A stretch of DNA of 63,873 bases, counting the filler, from Octopus bimaculoides (taxonomy: Eukaryota): NCBI RefSeq assembly GCF_001194135.2. It is 5 parts of 5 records of this genome, joined end to end, with 100 filler letters (N's around TTAATTAATTAA, not from the genome) between each part and the next. Parts side by side here need not be neighbours in the genome. Positions count along the whole stretch, not along the records: positions 1 to 22,738 come from NC_068991.1; 4 more parts are not named here. One strand, 5' to 3'. Made by a program: the position numbers and the translations under genes. Positions 1 through 12,046 of the stretch are shown piece by piece (position 1 is the stretch's first letter; every line of letters begins with the position of its first letter). Below the pieces are notes generated by a model that did no database searches, was not told where the DNA came from, and worked only from the letters and a program-made list of their open reading frames with translations.

Positions 1-49
1 ATATATATATATATATATATATATGAATCCTGAACACACACATGCACAC

Positions 50-85
<36 letters not shown>
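1..85. repeat. (TA)n/(CA)n microsatellite
   Basis: Seen directly. Confidence 0.95.
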
Positions 86-88
<3 letters not shown>

Positions 89-344
89 CACATACTCACA
101 CATGCGCATGCGCATATAAATATATTTGCAATTAGTTTCATATGTAAAATAACAAATATAGTAAATCATTAATTCTTGAAAGAACTCAATACTTAATGCG
201 GAATGTTTATTTTCGTGTCCATATTTTAATTTTGTTATCTTTGAGTCGTCACTTCGTACTGCGCTACTAGCACCACTGTCACTACGACTAGCGACACCTA
301 GCGCCATTAACCTATAACACACGCAAAACGCCATCAATTCAAAC

Positions 345-530
345 ACCAACACAACAACAACAACAACAACGACAACAATATTAACAGCAACACTGAGAAT
401 AATCGTAATGCAACGACAAAAACGAGTGACAAGAAATTTTGTTGATTCTATAAACACATGAACATTAATAATAGCAACAACAACAACAACAACAATAACA
501 ACACCATCAACTACAAGCCTACAAACAACA
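345..530. repeat. degenerate (CAA)n simple repeat
   Basis: Seen directly; explains the Val-rich ORF 86..544. Confidence 0.85.
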
Positions 531-1268
531 ATATATACACACATACAAACTTACACACACACACACACAGACACCTATGCATGTATGTATGTATGTTTTG
601 GATGTATGTATATAATTTTAATTATGACAATTAGATATCTGAAACGTAATTAACGGGATAACTAAACAACATGAACAGAACATAAACAACGAAAGACACC
701 TGAAAAACAATGAGAAAACGAGTGTAAAAAAAATATTTCGTATGCATCCGCACCTTTTCTGTGTGCTTATAGTTGTCTTTGAGAGTAAATGTTTTTAGTG
801 TTTTCAATATCCCCCTTTTTTCTCTCCCTCTCCCTTTCACCCTGTCCTATCTATCTATCTCTATCTCTACCTCCCATTCCCCCGCCTTTCTCTCTCTTTC
901 TCTTTCTTTTTCTCCCTCTGTATTTCTATGTTTCTGACAGTCTGTCCGTCTGCATCTCTTAATGGTTGTTCATAATCCAGATCTGCTGTTTATCTTGCTC
1001 CAAGGTGTGAAAAGCTCGCTTATTTTAGCAACGCAACTTAGCCGAAAGATGGCGTGATCCTGGCAGCTTCTTTTAGACAGCTTTACTTTGCTATGGCAAA
1101 CAAGCAAACGAACAAAATCCCAAAAACGAAACAAAAACAATACCCAGATAAACGGTCCACCCACTCTTTCTACCATTCGTCTTAATAAAATCAAATAAAA
1201 TGCTGTACTCTACAAAATGTTCTGTTTATCACTCCGGTTTTACAGTGTTTCTGTTGATTTAAATCACT

Positions 1269-1271
1269 TTA

Positions 1272-1369
<98 letters not shown>

Positions 1370-1400
1370 GCTGTTGTTGTTGTTGTTATTATTGTCGTTG
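1269..1400. repeat. compound (ATT)n-(GTT)n microsatellite
   Basis: Seen directly; explains the poly-Ile/poly-Val ORF. Confidence 0.95.
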
Positions 1401-2591
1401 TTGTGGTGGTTTTTATAAGCTCCGCTATTTTTCGTTGCTTTGACTTCGTTTGTTCTTTAGTTCGTATTTTGTTTCTGATACTTTATATATGTATGTGTAT
1501 ATATATNNNNNNNNNNNNNNNNNNNNNNNNNNNNNNNNNNNNNNNNNNNNNNNNNNNNNNNNNNNNNNNNNNNNNNNNNNNNNNNNNNNNNNNNNNNNNN
1601 NNNNNNNNNNNNNNNNNNNNNNNNNNNNNNNNNNNNNNNNNNNNNNNNNNNNNNNNNNNNNNNNNNNNNNNNNNNNNNNNNNNNNNNNNNNNNNNNNNNN
1701 NNNNNNNNNNNNNNNNNNNNNNNNNNNNNNNNNNNNNNNNNNNNNNNNNNNNNNNNNNNNNNNNNNNNNNNNNNNNNNNNNNNNNNNNNNNNNNNNNNNN
1801 NNNNNNNNNNNNNNNNNNNNNNNNNNNNNNNNNNNNNNNNNNNNNNNNNNNNNNNNNNNNNNNNNNNNNNNNNNNNNNNNNNNNNNNNNNNNNNNNNNNN
1901 NNNNNNNNNNNNNNNNNNNNNNNNNNNNNNNNNNNNNNNNNNNNNNNNNNNNNNNNNNNNNNNNNNNNNNNNNNNNNNNNNNNNNNNNNNNNNNNNNNNN
2001 NNNNNNNNNNNNNNNNNNNNNNNNNNNNNNNNNNNNNNNNNNNNNNNNNNNNNNNNNNNNNNNNNNNNNNNNNNNNNNNNNNNNNNNNNNNNNNNNNNNN
2101 NNNNNNNNNNNNNNNNNNNNNNNNNNNNNNNNNNNNNNNNNNNNNNNNNNNNNNNNNNNNNNNNNNNNNNNNNNNNNNNNNNNNNNNNNNNNNNNNNNNN
2201 NNNNNNNNNNNNNNNTATATATACATACAATTTTGTGTATATATATAAATATATTTGTGCATATGTATAAATGTGTATATAACTAAATATATGTGCACAC
2301 GCCTACATGCATGTGATACAAACAGAGAGAGAGAGAGAAAGAGAGAGTAGGGTGTAGATAGAGAGAAATAGAGAAATAGAAAAGGAGAGAGAGACCGGGA
2401 GAGAGTGAGTGAGTGAGTGAGTGAGTGAGTGAGAAATAAAGAGAAATCGGAAACAAGACGGAGGCTGAGGAAAAATCAGATACTTTAAATGGCTCGTTAC
2501 GATGTAAAAGCGAGTTTATCATCATTTGAAATCCGAGTATTGTATAGAGTGCGTGCGTGAGTTGGACGAGGATTAAAGATTTAGCGAATGC

Positions 2592-2657
<66 letters not shown>

Positions 2658-4018
2658 TGCATATAAGTAAAAACAAAAACTGAAAGTCGAATGTATGAGG
2701 GTGTCATAGAAAGAGATAAAAACGAAAAAGTGAGTTAGAATAGAATTAATGAAGAGATAGTGGATAAAGATAAACTTGAGATAGGAAGAAGTATTTAGAT
2801 GTAAAGTGAGTTGCTATATACATTTGCGTGTTAAGAAGGAAGATTTAAGTTTTAGGAGGTGAGGAAAACATATATATATATATTAAATTCAAATTACGGT
2901 AAACGTAAACAAACAAACGAAGTTTGATTTTACAGGCGTTGAGATGTCTTAGAAAGTTAAAGAAGTGATTTTAAATTCTCAAACGCAGGATAATGCAAAT
3001 AATATAGCCTGAACAGGATGAGCTACCCCTGTTTTGCAGAAAAAAGTGTAGGCGGCCAGATATNNNNNNNNNNNNNNNNNNNNNNNNNNNNNNNNNNNNN
3101 NNNNNNNNNNNNNNNNNNNNNNNNNNNNNNNNNNNNNNNNNNNNNNNNNNNNNNNNNNNNNNNNNNNNNNNNNNNNNNNNNNNNNNNNNNNNNNNNNNNN
3201 NNNNNNNNNNNNNNNNNNNNNNNNNNNNNNNNNNNNNNNNNNNNNNNNNNNNNNNNNNNNNNNNNNNNNNNNNNNNNNNNNNNNNNNNNNNNNNNNNNNN
3301 NNNNNNNNNNNNNNNNNNNNNNNNNNNNNNNNNNNNNNNNNNNNNNNNNNNNNNNNNNNNNNNNNNNNNNNNNNNNNNNNNNNNNNNNNNNNNNNNNNNN
3401 NNNNNNNNNNNNNNNNNNNNNNNNNNNNNNNNNNNNNNNNNNNNNNNNNNNNNNNNNNNNNNNNNNNNNNNNNNNNNNNNNNNNNNNNNNNNNNNNNNNN
3501 NNNNNNNNNNNNNNNNNNNNNNNNNNNNNNNNNNNNNNNNNNNNNNNNNNNNNNNNNNNNNNNNNNNNNNNNNNNNNNNNNNNNNNNNNNNNNNNNNNNN
3601 NNNNNNNNNNNNNNNNNNNNNNNNNNNNNNNNNNNNNNNNNNNNNNNNNNNNNNNNNNNNNNNNNNNNNNNNNNNNNNNNNNNNNNNNNNNNNNNNNNNN
3701 NNNNNNNNNNNNNNNNNNNNNNNNNNNNNNNNNNNNNNNNNNNNNNNNNNNNNNNNNNNNNNNNNNNNNNNNNNNNNNNNNNNNNNNNNNNNNNNNNNNN
3801 NNNNNNNNNNNNNNNNNNNNNNNNNNNNNNNNNNNNNNNNNNNNNNNNNNNNNNNNNNNNNNNNNNNNNNNNNNNNNNNNNNNNNNNNNNNNNNNNNNNN
3901 NNNNNNNNNNNNNNNNNNNNNNNNNNNNNNNNNNNNNNNNNNNNNNNNNNNNNNNNNNNNNNNNNNNNNNNNNNNNNNNNNNNNNNNNNNNNNNNNNNNN
4001 NNNNNNNNNNNNNNNNNN

Positions 4019-4394
4019 ATACTGAACGAGGTTCGTCTTCAAGCGACATGTGATCATTTCTAAAACGTATAAACCACTCGTAAACTTGAGTTTTGCTCAT
4101 GTCAGCTTCCTTGTAAACTATTTGAAGCATGTCAACTGTTTACGTCGCCGTTTTCCCCAGTAGAAAACAGAATTTCATGGAAGTACGCTGTTCCTTCGTT
4201 TCAGCCATCGCAAAAATTGATGAACAGGGCAGAAGCACTGCAAATCAAAGACGCACCACGAGGCAGTACGACTGCACACGATGACACCGGTCGACATATT
4301 GATGCCTGAGGGGTAACATCAACTGGCGGAAGCCTGAACCACAACGGGCTTGTCCCACAGAGAACGTTTCCGGTTACTTTGGGGTACCTCCTCG
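4019..4394 (-). mobile_element. mariner (irritans-like) 5' end with TIR and transposase N-terminal HTH relic; remainder lost in the N gap
   Basis: Minus-strand ATG at 4208 reads MAETKEQRTSMKFCFLLGKTAT*TVDMLQIVYKEADMSKTQVYEWFIRFRNDHMSLEDEPRS (mariner HTH pattern). TIR CGAGGAGGTACCCCAAAGTAACCGGAA ends at 4394, with TA at 4395-4396. The same TIR start occurs at 29949. Confidence 0.88.
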
Positions 4395-4396
4395 TA

Positions 4397-4645
4397 TACA
4401 TACGTACGTATGTTCATATATACACGCATGCATGTATGCATATACACATATATACACGCATGCATGTATGCATATACACATATATACACGCATGCATGTA
4501 TGCATATACACATATATACAAACATATATGGAGATACACATATACATATATGCATACATACACATACATGCATACATGCATACGTACATGCATACATACA
4601 TACATACATACATACATACATACATACATACATACATACATACAT
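4397..4645. repeat. (CATA)n-type microsatellite mosaic
   Basis: Seen directly. Confidence 0.95.
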
Positions 4646-4921
4646 GCAGTTGTCAAGAGTCCGAATGCAAGGATAAAACGTTTTGATAGAGAAAAATAAG
4701 GAATGTATATTATAATAAGACAAGTAGATAAACTGAAAATTGTTAATAAATAGACAAATATTAATGTTATATACCTCAATGCATAACATTATTTCACTTT
4801 GCCTTTAATACTACATCAAAGCTGTTTGATTACTTTCAAACAAATCTTGAATTAATGTGTGGCTATCTCCTCCGCTCAAACCTGCTGTACCTTTTCTTTT
4901 AAATCCGTTATTAGTATTTAG

Positions 4922-5486
4922 AAGAAGCAATTTTTTTTCTATATGATCCCGTTCCTGATGAGCATCGTTATCTATCCAATATATTCACTTGTATTGCGAA
5001 AAACTTGCCGTGCTGTAAAAAGAGTCGCAGTATGCAACTGATGCAACAATGAATTAAAACTCGTAAGTGAATATACTTTTAGCATGAAACATATGACGAT
5101 TTAGAGTTCATATTTTGAGGTATTAACCAAATACCCTTTCTTCTCTTTGCAGAAGAAAAGCTCTTACCATACTCTAACGGATGGTCATTGGTTGGGATTG
5201 TGCTTTCACCTTGATTGACAATTAATGTAAAGTACATTAGATGTAAATTACTTTTTATCACTAACCGTGACTTTAAGTACATATACCTTAGTTCAAATTA
5301 TGATTCCTGCAACATTAAAGACGAGTCGGAATGCATTCTTTGAATGTCTTCGCTTTTTTTTTTTTTTTTTNNNNNNNNNNTTTTTTTTTTTTTGTTTTGT
5401 TGCAAAATTTGGAAGCAAATTGGAATCATTTTACTATTTCTGGTACCTGTCCTTGCACCCAACTTTTTGATGTAAACTGAGGGTGC
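4922..5486 (+). pseudogene. intron-containing Ulp1/SENP-like (C48) cysteine protease pseudogene, possibly transposon cargo
   Basis: Two canonical short introns: 5063-5152 (GTAAGT...TATTAAC...ccctttcttctctttgcAG) and 5227-5291 (GTAAAG...CACTAAC...ccttAG). Splicing gives EKLLPYSNG/GHWLGLCFHLD*QLISNYDSC, then NWNHFTISGTCPCTQLFDVN*G. His (5186) to Asp (5302) spacing is 17 residues and Gln (5460) to the Cys position (5478) is 6, as in Ulp1/SENP catalytic domains. The model needs one frameshift and has four TGA stops. Confidence 0.55.
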
Positions 5487-6279
5487 AATAAGATGACGAT
5501 AAATCGTGACGAAAGACCTATCCGATCGCTTATATCCTCTAGTCGGAAGAAATCGTGACAGAACATCCCCAGCAGTAGCTAAGGATATATTTAACTGTGT
5601 TGGCGCCTTCCTGAACGCGACTCCAGTGTCACATAAAACAGTAATTTTATTCTTGTTTTGCAGATGAAAATTCTATAAATTTATTGATGAATTAGTGATG
5701 GAAACTTACAGTAACAGAAATGTCTAATAGAAGAAGAAATTATGAAATAATATTTTGTCATCCATACATCATAAAACGTAATATAGACTAATTAACGATG
5801 TCACTAGCAAATATCTTGTAGATAATTAACTTTTATCTCTCTATTAAATCGTATTTAGAAAAATAGTAAAATTTAATTTTTGTACCAAGACTGTTCATTA
5901 CCTCAATCTCTCCCTCTCTCTGTTTTTCTTCCTTTATATATATATATATATNNNNNNNNNNNNNNNNNNNNNNNNNNNNNNNNNNNNNNNNNNNNNNNNN
6001 NNNNNNNNNNNNNNNNNNNNNNNNNNNNNNNNNNNNNNNNNNNNNNNNNNNNNNNNNNNNNNNNNNNNNNNNNNNNNNNNNNNNNNNNNNNNNNNNNNNN
6101 NNNNNNNNNNNNNNNNNNNNNNNNNNNNNNNNNNNNNNNNNNNNNNNNNNNNNNNNNNNNNNNNNNNNNNNNNNNNNNNNNNNNNNNNNNNNNNNNNNNN
6201 NNNNNNNNNNNNNNNNNNNNNNNNNNNNNNNNNNNNNNNNNNNNNNNNNNNNNNNNNNNNNNNNNNNNNNNNNNATATA

Positions 6280-7549
6280 TTGGGTCATCCTACAAATAAT
6301 GCGGTTTTTAAATACTTCTTTTATTTTTCAAAATTAAAATAGACAAATTTCTTCATCTAAAATATACTCGCCTTCATTTTCTGCAATGCTCTTCCACCAA
6401 TCTGGTAGACTTGCAAGGCCCCCTCTTCCAAAATACACTTGTCCATGATGAAAAATACTCTTCGACTACTGTTCTGGCCTCGTCTACAGAATTCATTTTT
6501 TTTCCGTCCAAATGATTTTGAAGACTGTGGAATAAATGGTAATCAGATTAGGCAATGCCTGGCAAATATGGTGAATGAAACGTTGTTTACCATTCAAACT
6601 GTTCTAGCCTTTGGAATGTCATCCTTACTTTATGTGGTTGAGCATTATCCCGATGGAAGAACACCTTTCGTCTTGAAACCAAAGATAGTTGTTTTCTACT
6701 AACGCTGACCTAAGTCGCTGAAGCTGCTCGCGGTAAATCTCCTTTGTTATCGTTTGGTTTGGGTTTAAAAGTTCAAAGTGGACTAAAGCTTTCATATCCC
6801 ACCAAACAGATAACAACACCTTACATAGGTGAAGACCTTCTTTGGTCTGGGGTGCCGGTCTTCCTCTTTTCCCTACCCACTGTCTTCAGCGCTTCACACT
6901 TTTATAGAGAAACCATTTCTCGTCACCAGTCACTATTCGGTCCAAAAAAAGGTTCATTCCTGAAGCATGACAGCAAGGAAGATCACACATTCACTCTCTG
7001 TGCGCGATTTGACTCGGAAAGTTTGTGAGGAACCCATTGACCCGATTTATTGACTTTTCCGATGGCATGCAGGTGCCGATGAATGGTTGAATGACCAAAT
7101 CCAAGCTTCTTTGCAAGTTCCTCAACAGTTACGATGGGATTTTATTCCGCTAGGGCTTGCAGGATGTCCTTGTCGAGCTCTACAGATCTCCCAAGACGAG
7201 GCTCGTCTTCCAGGCTGCAGTTTCCGGCTCGGAATTTCTGGAACCACCGTTGGCACTACCTTACGCTTATTGAGCCATCATCATATACTGCATTAATATT
7301 TCTCGCACTATCCATTGTGTTGTTGCCTTTATTGAACTCATAAAACAAAATATGCCGAATATGCTCCTTTGTCACTTCCATTAAAGCTTTGAAAAAATAA
7401 CTGTTAAAATAGAAAAGCACTAAGAATAAGGAGAAGGTAAAGTCACCACCTGCTTTTATAGTAAGTTGATGCAAGTAGTTTATCCCGTCCCCGTCCGACT
7501 TTTAGCTCATGCAGTTGAAAAAAGCCGCATTATTTACGGGATGACACAA
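6280..7549 (-). mobile_element. full-length (~1.27 kb) decayed mariner, Mos1/Hsmar1-like DD34D transposase pseudogene
   Basis: TIRs TTGGGTCATCCTACAAATAATGCGG (6280) and reverse complement TTGTGTCATCCCGTAAATAATGCGG (7549), with TA on both sides. Minus frames give MEVTKEHIRHILFYEFNKG, EDEPRLGR, QWVPHKL, IVTGDEKWF, MLLSVWWD and SDYHLFHSLQNHL, broken by stops and frameshifts. Confidence 0.95.
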
Positions 7550-7580
7550 TAATATATATATATATATATATATATGCGCG

Positions 7581-7642
<62 letters not shown>

Positions 7643-7804
7643 CACATTCATACATTATATGCATGTGTTAGTGTCTCTACATAAGCGTGTGGATAATATA
7701 TGTATTCTTATACGTTTGGTGATACAAACAGGAAAAATTGAACTCAAAACCTATATACATACATACATACATGCATACATACATACATACATACATATGT
7801 TATA

Positions 7805-7990
7805 TATGACAAAAGTAACAGAGTGACTCAAGTAGCAGAACTATGTGGGTTCTTTAGTCACTCTTTTTGTTCTTACCCCTTTACATCTAGTGATAAAATA
7901 AAAACTATCTCTCCATCGCAATGTTTGAAAACTAAAGAATAGTTGACTAGAGTAACAGGGATCTTGAGTCACTCTGTTACTTCTACCATA
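7805..7990. mobile_element. MITE with ~30-bp TIRs inserted in TA-rich sequence
   Basis: Left TATGACAAAAGTAACAGAGTGACTCAAG versus reverse complement of the right end TATGGTAGAAGTAACAGAGTGACTCAAG. Confidence 0.8.
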
Positions 7991-8013
7991 TATAAATTTA
8001 AAACATGTATTCG

Positions 8014-8376
8014 TATTCTTTTCTTTATTCTTTTACTTATTTCAGTCTTAAAAACCTTAAAGGGTTTTCTAGTCGAAGAAATCGAGCCCAGGACTTGTTC
8101 TATGTAAGCCTAGTACTTATCTATCCGCTAAGTTACGGGGACGTAAACGCACCAGCATCGGTTGTCTAGCAATGGTGTCAGTGGGGGAACAAATACAGAC
8201 TCAAAGACATAAATATGGACTTCTTGCAGTTTCCCTCTACCAAATCCACTTACAAGGCTTTGATAAGCCCGAGATTGTTGTAGAAAACACTTGCCCAATA
8301 TGCCACACAGTGGGACTGAACCCAGAATCATATGGCTGGAAAGCAAGCTTCTTACGTCACAGCCATGCCTGCACCT
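8014..8376 (-). mobile_element. tRNA-derived SINE, family A
   Basis: Aligns by eye to the best-preserved copy at 61091-61517 (head, agacacttgcccaa, gctaagttacggggacgtaaac, tail ttttactt). Confidence 0.85.
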
Positions 8377-8574
8377 ATATGTAAATATATGTATGTGTGT
8401 TTTAAGAATACATTTAGCCAGTGTTCATATCATTTCTGTTCTTATCAGAGAGTAGAAGCGAATTAATTTTTTACGACGGAACTCGAAGTAAATAATCCTA
8501 TAAATATCCAGTACTCTAGATATTATAATTTATAGTTTTATCTCTTTTGCGATCCTAGCTTCGTGGATTTCATT

Positions 8575-8660
8575 CTCGGATCGGACAAGGCATTGAGTTC
8601 TTGAGCAAGACACTTTATTTCGTGCTGATCCAGTCTATTTAGCTGAAAAAGAGTATCAGC
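8575..8660 (+). mobile_element. SINE family C internal fragment
   Basis: cttgagcaagacactttatttcgtg...ccagtc matches the core at 55880-55940. Confidence 0.55.
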
Positions 8661-8873
8661 CAAAATCGGGTATGATCCACTGTCAGTCGAGATGTGAAAT
8701 TTTTGATATCAGCATGGATCGGGAGTAGAATGTCTGAGAGGATGTGTATGTTCTATCACGGTTGCGTAGGTACCTACAACAAAGTGTATCGCTAAAGCGT
8801 GGCGGAAATCATACGTACATGAATGAATGATGCATATATCCATTACATATACATACGTATATATGAATATATA

Positions 8874-8922
<49 letters not shown>

Positions 8923-9419
8923 GTACATACGTGCAAACACATACACACTGTATTCTGGATACTCTAAGCTAATGATAAAAAAAGACCACTGTCAATTATG
9001 CATTTTATACATCCTAAGATAGAGTTACATAATTTATTAATAACACTGTATGTGTGACACAGTGTGTGAGTGTGTTAGCTCGCTTGTATTTATGTATATA
9101 TGTATATGGGTGTATGTTTCACAAGAATATCATTAATGTATATTCAGCACTTGTGATACATATTGTAGCTTCAAAAATATTATTTTCTCTCACAAACAAA
9201 TGATAATTTTCAATCAGACTTAGATTTCTGAGAGAGGCACTAGGCAACACATTTCAGTAGAGAGAACAATCAATTTAGTAACTGATCTATCGATTAATCT
9301 ATCAAATAATTTTATGCGTATACACTATTTCATTAATATTAATAACAATTTAATTAGATTAGCTACATTTACGCGTTTTACATTTATGTAAATAGAATAT
9401 AGGTAGGTAATCTAATTTG

Positions 9420-9583
9420 TGCTTATTTGTGTGAGAGTATGTATGCATGTAAGTATGTATGTATGTATGTATGTATGTATGTATGTGTGTGTATATATAT
9501 GTGAGTATTTATGTGTATTTATATGCATATATATATATATATATATATATGAAGATACCATGTGTGAACAAATGTGTATGTAT

Positions 9584-9619
<36 letters not shown>

Positions 9620-9791
9620 GTACTTATATACAAATATATATATATAATTGTATATATAGAGAGATACATATGCTTATGTACATATATATATGCGTATACT
9701 CACTCATATACATATTCGCTAATATCCACTTACATACAAATATATAAACACATACATGCATAAACGAGCGTGAGTATATATGATATATGAT

Positions 9792-9822
<31 letters not shown>

Positions 9823-9853
9823 GTGTGTGTGTGTGTGTGCGTGTGTGTGTGTG

Positions 9854-9899
<46 letters not shown>

Positions 9900-10037
9900 T
9901 GTGGGTGTTAGTATGTGTGTATCTACATATTGTATAAATATGTGTAGCAATTTATACACATATATATATGAGTATATCCACTCGCATTTATGTGTTTGTG
10001 CGGTTGTGTTCATGTAAATCCAAAAGTGTGCGTATAC

Positions 10038-10073
<36 letters not shown>

Positions 10074-10270
10074 GTGTGTGTGTGTGTGTGTGGATACACG
10101 CACATGTTCATCTGAACATATACATACGAATACATTCAAATATTAAACACCTGTATCATAAGGTACCTGTACATACATCTATACACATATATATACACTT
10201 GTATACATATGTGAATGTATATGTATATATGCATATGTATATGTGTATGTATATGTATATACGTATATAT
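9420..10270. repeat. long (TA)n/(TG)n/(TATG)n mosaic
   Basis: Seen directly; source of many Y/I/V/C/H/T ORFs. Confidence 0.92.
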
Positions 10271-10727
10271 ATGGGTGTGTTTATATAAACGCACACATGT
10301 GTCAATTATTTCAGAATCATCCACCTTATCCTTTTTGCCTCTTCCTCTTCACTTTCCTTCTCTTATGAGTTCCGCCTCCACACACCTATTCCATCACACC
10401 TGGTATGCCCTTCCACCACTCACAGAATACGCATCTTGAATCCACCCATACGCACCACCATAGACACAGACACTAACTCACATCCAAATATATATTACTT
10501 ACACACACCGTTGTTCACACATCTCGTCCCCGAAACATTCACGCTCAAGTTATACGCACATATTCGCACACATAACCCTATTCACCAAACATTTGTCTTC
10601 AACAAACTACACACACTATAACGTCGACACACACATACCCACGAGCAAGGATAACCACAGTGGTAGTATATGCATAAAAAATATTCACTGTCCCTCTCTC
10701 GAATATACACGCTTCTCGTTATGATTT

Positions 10728-11040
10728 ATAACTGGTACTCCGTCGGTTACGACGATGAGGGTTCCAATTGATCTGATCAACAGCACAGCCTGCTCGTGAA
10801 ATTAATGTACATGTGGCTGAGCACTCTACAGGCACGCGTACCCTTTATGTAGTTCTCAGGGAGATTCAGCGTGACACAGTGTGACAAGTTTGGTTCTTTG
10901 AAATACAGATACTACTCATTTTTTGCCACATGAGTGGACTGGAGGAATGTAAAAATAAAGTGTTTTGTTCAAGGATGCAACGCGTCGCCGAGAATTGAAC
11001 TCACGACCTTGAGCCGAATAACCTAACCATGCGCCTTCAC
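10728..11040 (-). mobile_element. tRNA-derived SINE, family C
   Basis: Reverse complement matches 55805-56137: GAAGGCGCATGG head, B-box GAGTTCAATTC, core, gaatctccctgagaactac, gtaaccgacggagt tail. Confidence 0.85.
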
Positions 11041-11996
11041 TATATATGACTTATATCCTTGGATTATATATACATATACGTACGCACATGCCCCTCTCTT
11101 TATACACCATTTTTTCTCTTTGGCACACATGCACACCTACTAGCAATGCGGGGCCACACAATCACACACAAACACGCCTACTTATCATTCTCTCTCATGC
11201 ACACTCAAGTATATACGATCACTTAAAACAATATCACACATAAATTCGACACTCTTTGATTTTACTGGTACATTTAAACAGCCAATTTTCTTTCCCTTTC
11301 CACCTGTTAATTCTGCTTTGTCATTACTCACTCTGTAGCCAACACACCAACACAGATACATACACACGCGCAAACACACACACTCGTGCGTGCGCTCATG
11401 TTCTTCTACTGCTTCCTCCTTTTGCATCCATTATTCTCTCAAAAAACATCACTTTTGGTCTTCTCTCTCACTTCCGTCAGCCAATTTCCTTTTTCTCCAA
11501 CAACAACTATCGTGTAAGCTTTGGCATCTATTGTCTTTTTTTTCTTTTTTATTTCGTTTTCTTTTTTAGATTATATCCTCATCCCGAACACTTTTTACAG
11601 ATTTATTAGCAGCTTCATCTATTTCTCAGATTTTTACCAATTTATCAGACTTCCCTTCTCATTTCTCAACTCCACTTTCTCAAACTTTCTCCAACTTTTA
11701 ATATTCCGCAGCTGCATGCTCCAAAGAACACTTAACAGTCTTTCATGATTAAATTTATACAACTGTACGCATATAAATAACCACTTCCAGTATCTAACAA
11801 GATGAGACAATTATCCTTATCAATATATATATATATATATATATATATAGGACTATTGGATTTTACTCACAAGGTATTGGAATCTTATATGTATACCATT
11901 CTGCCTAAAAAATGGATTTACAAATACAATATCCCTGCATTCACTCTCTGTTTCCTATCTTATCTAAATTAACTATTGCTTAACAATCCTCTCACA

Positions 11997-12046
11997 ACGT
12001 CTCCGAAGAACGGATATAATAAATATCCTGGAAACAGCTGTAAGAC
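11997..12046 (+). ncRNA. putative minimal type I hammerhead ribozyme (variant core) in a short element (~11850-12125) between (TA)n tracts
   Basis: GTCT-CCGAAGA-AC-GGATAT-AATAA-ATATCC-TG-GAAA-CAGCTG-TA-AGAC. Stem I is GTCT/AGAC, stem II is GGATAT/ATATCC and stem III is the palindrome ACAGCTGT. The core has U4C and an imperfect 10.1-11.1 pair. Confidence 0.6.

Noticed and set aside
4955-5010. CTGATGA...GCGAAA as a hammerhead
   Set aside because: Stem III and stem I cannot be formed, and the sequence lies in the protease-like reading frame.
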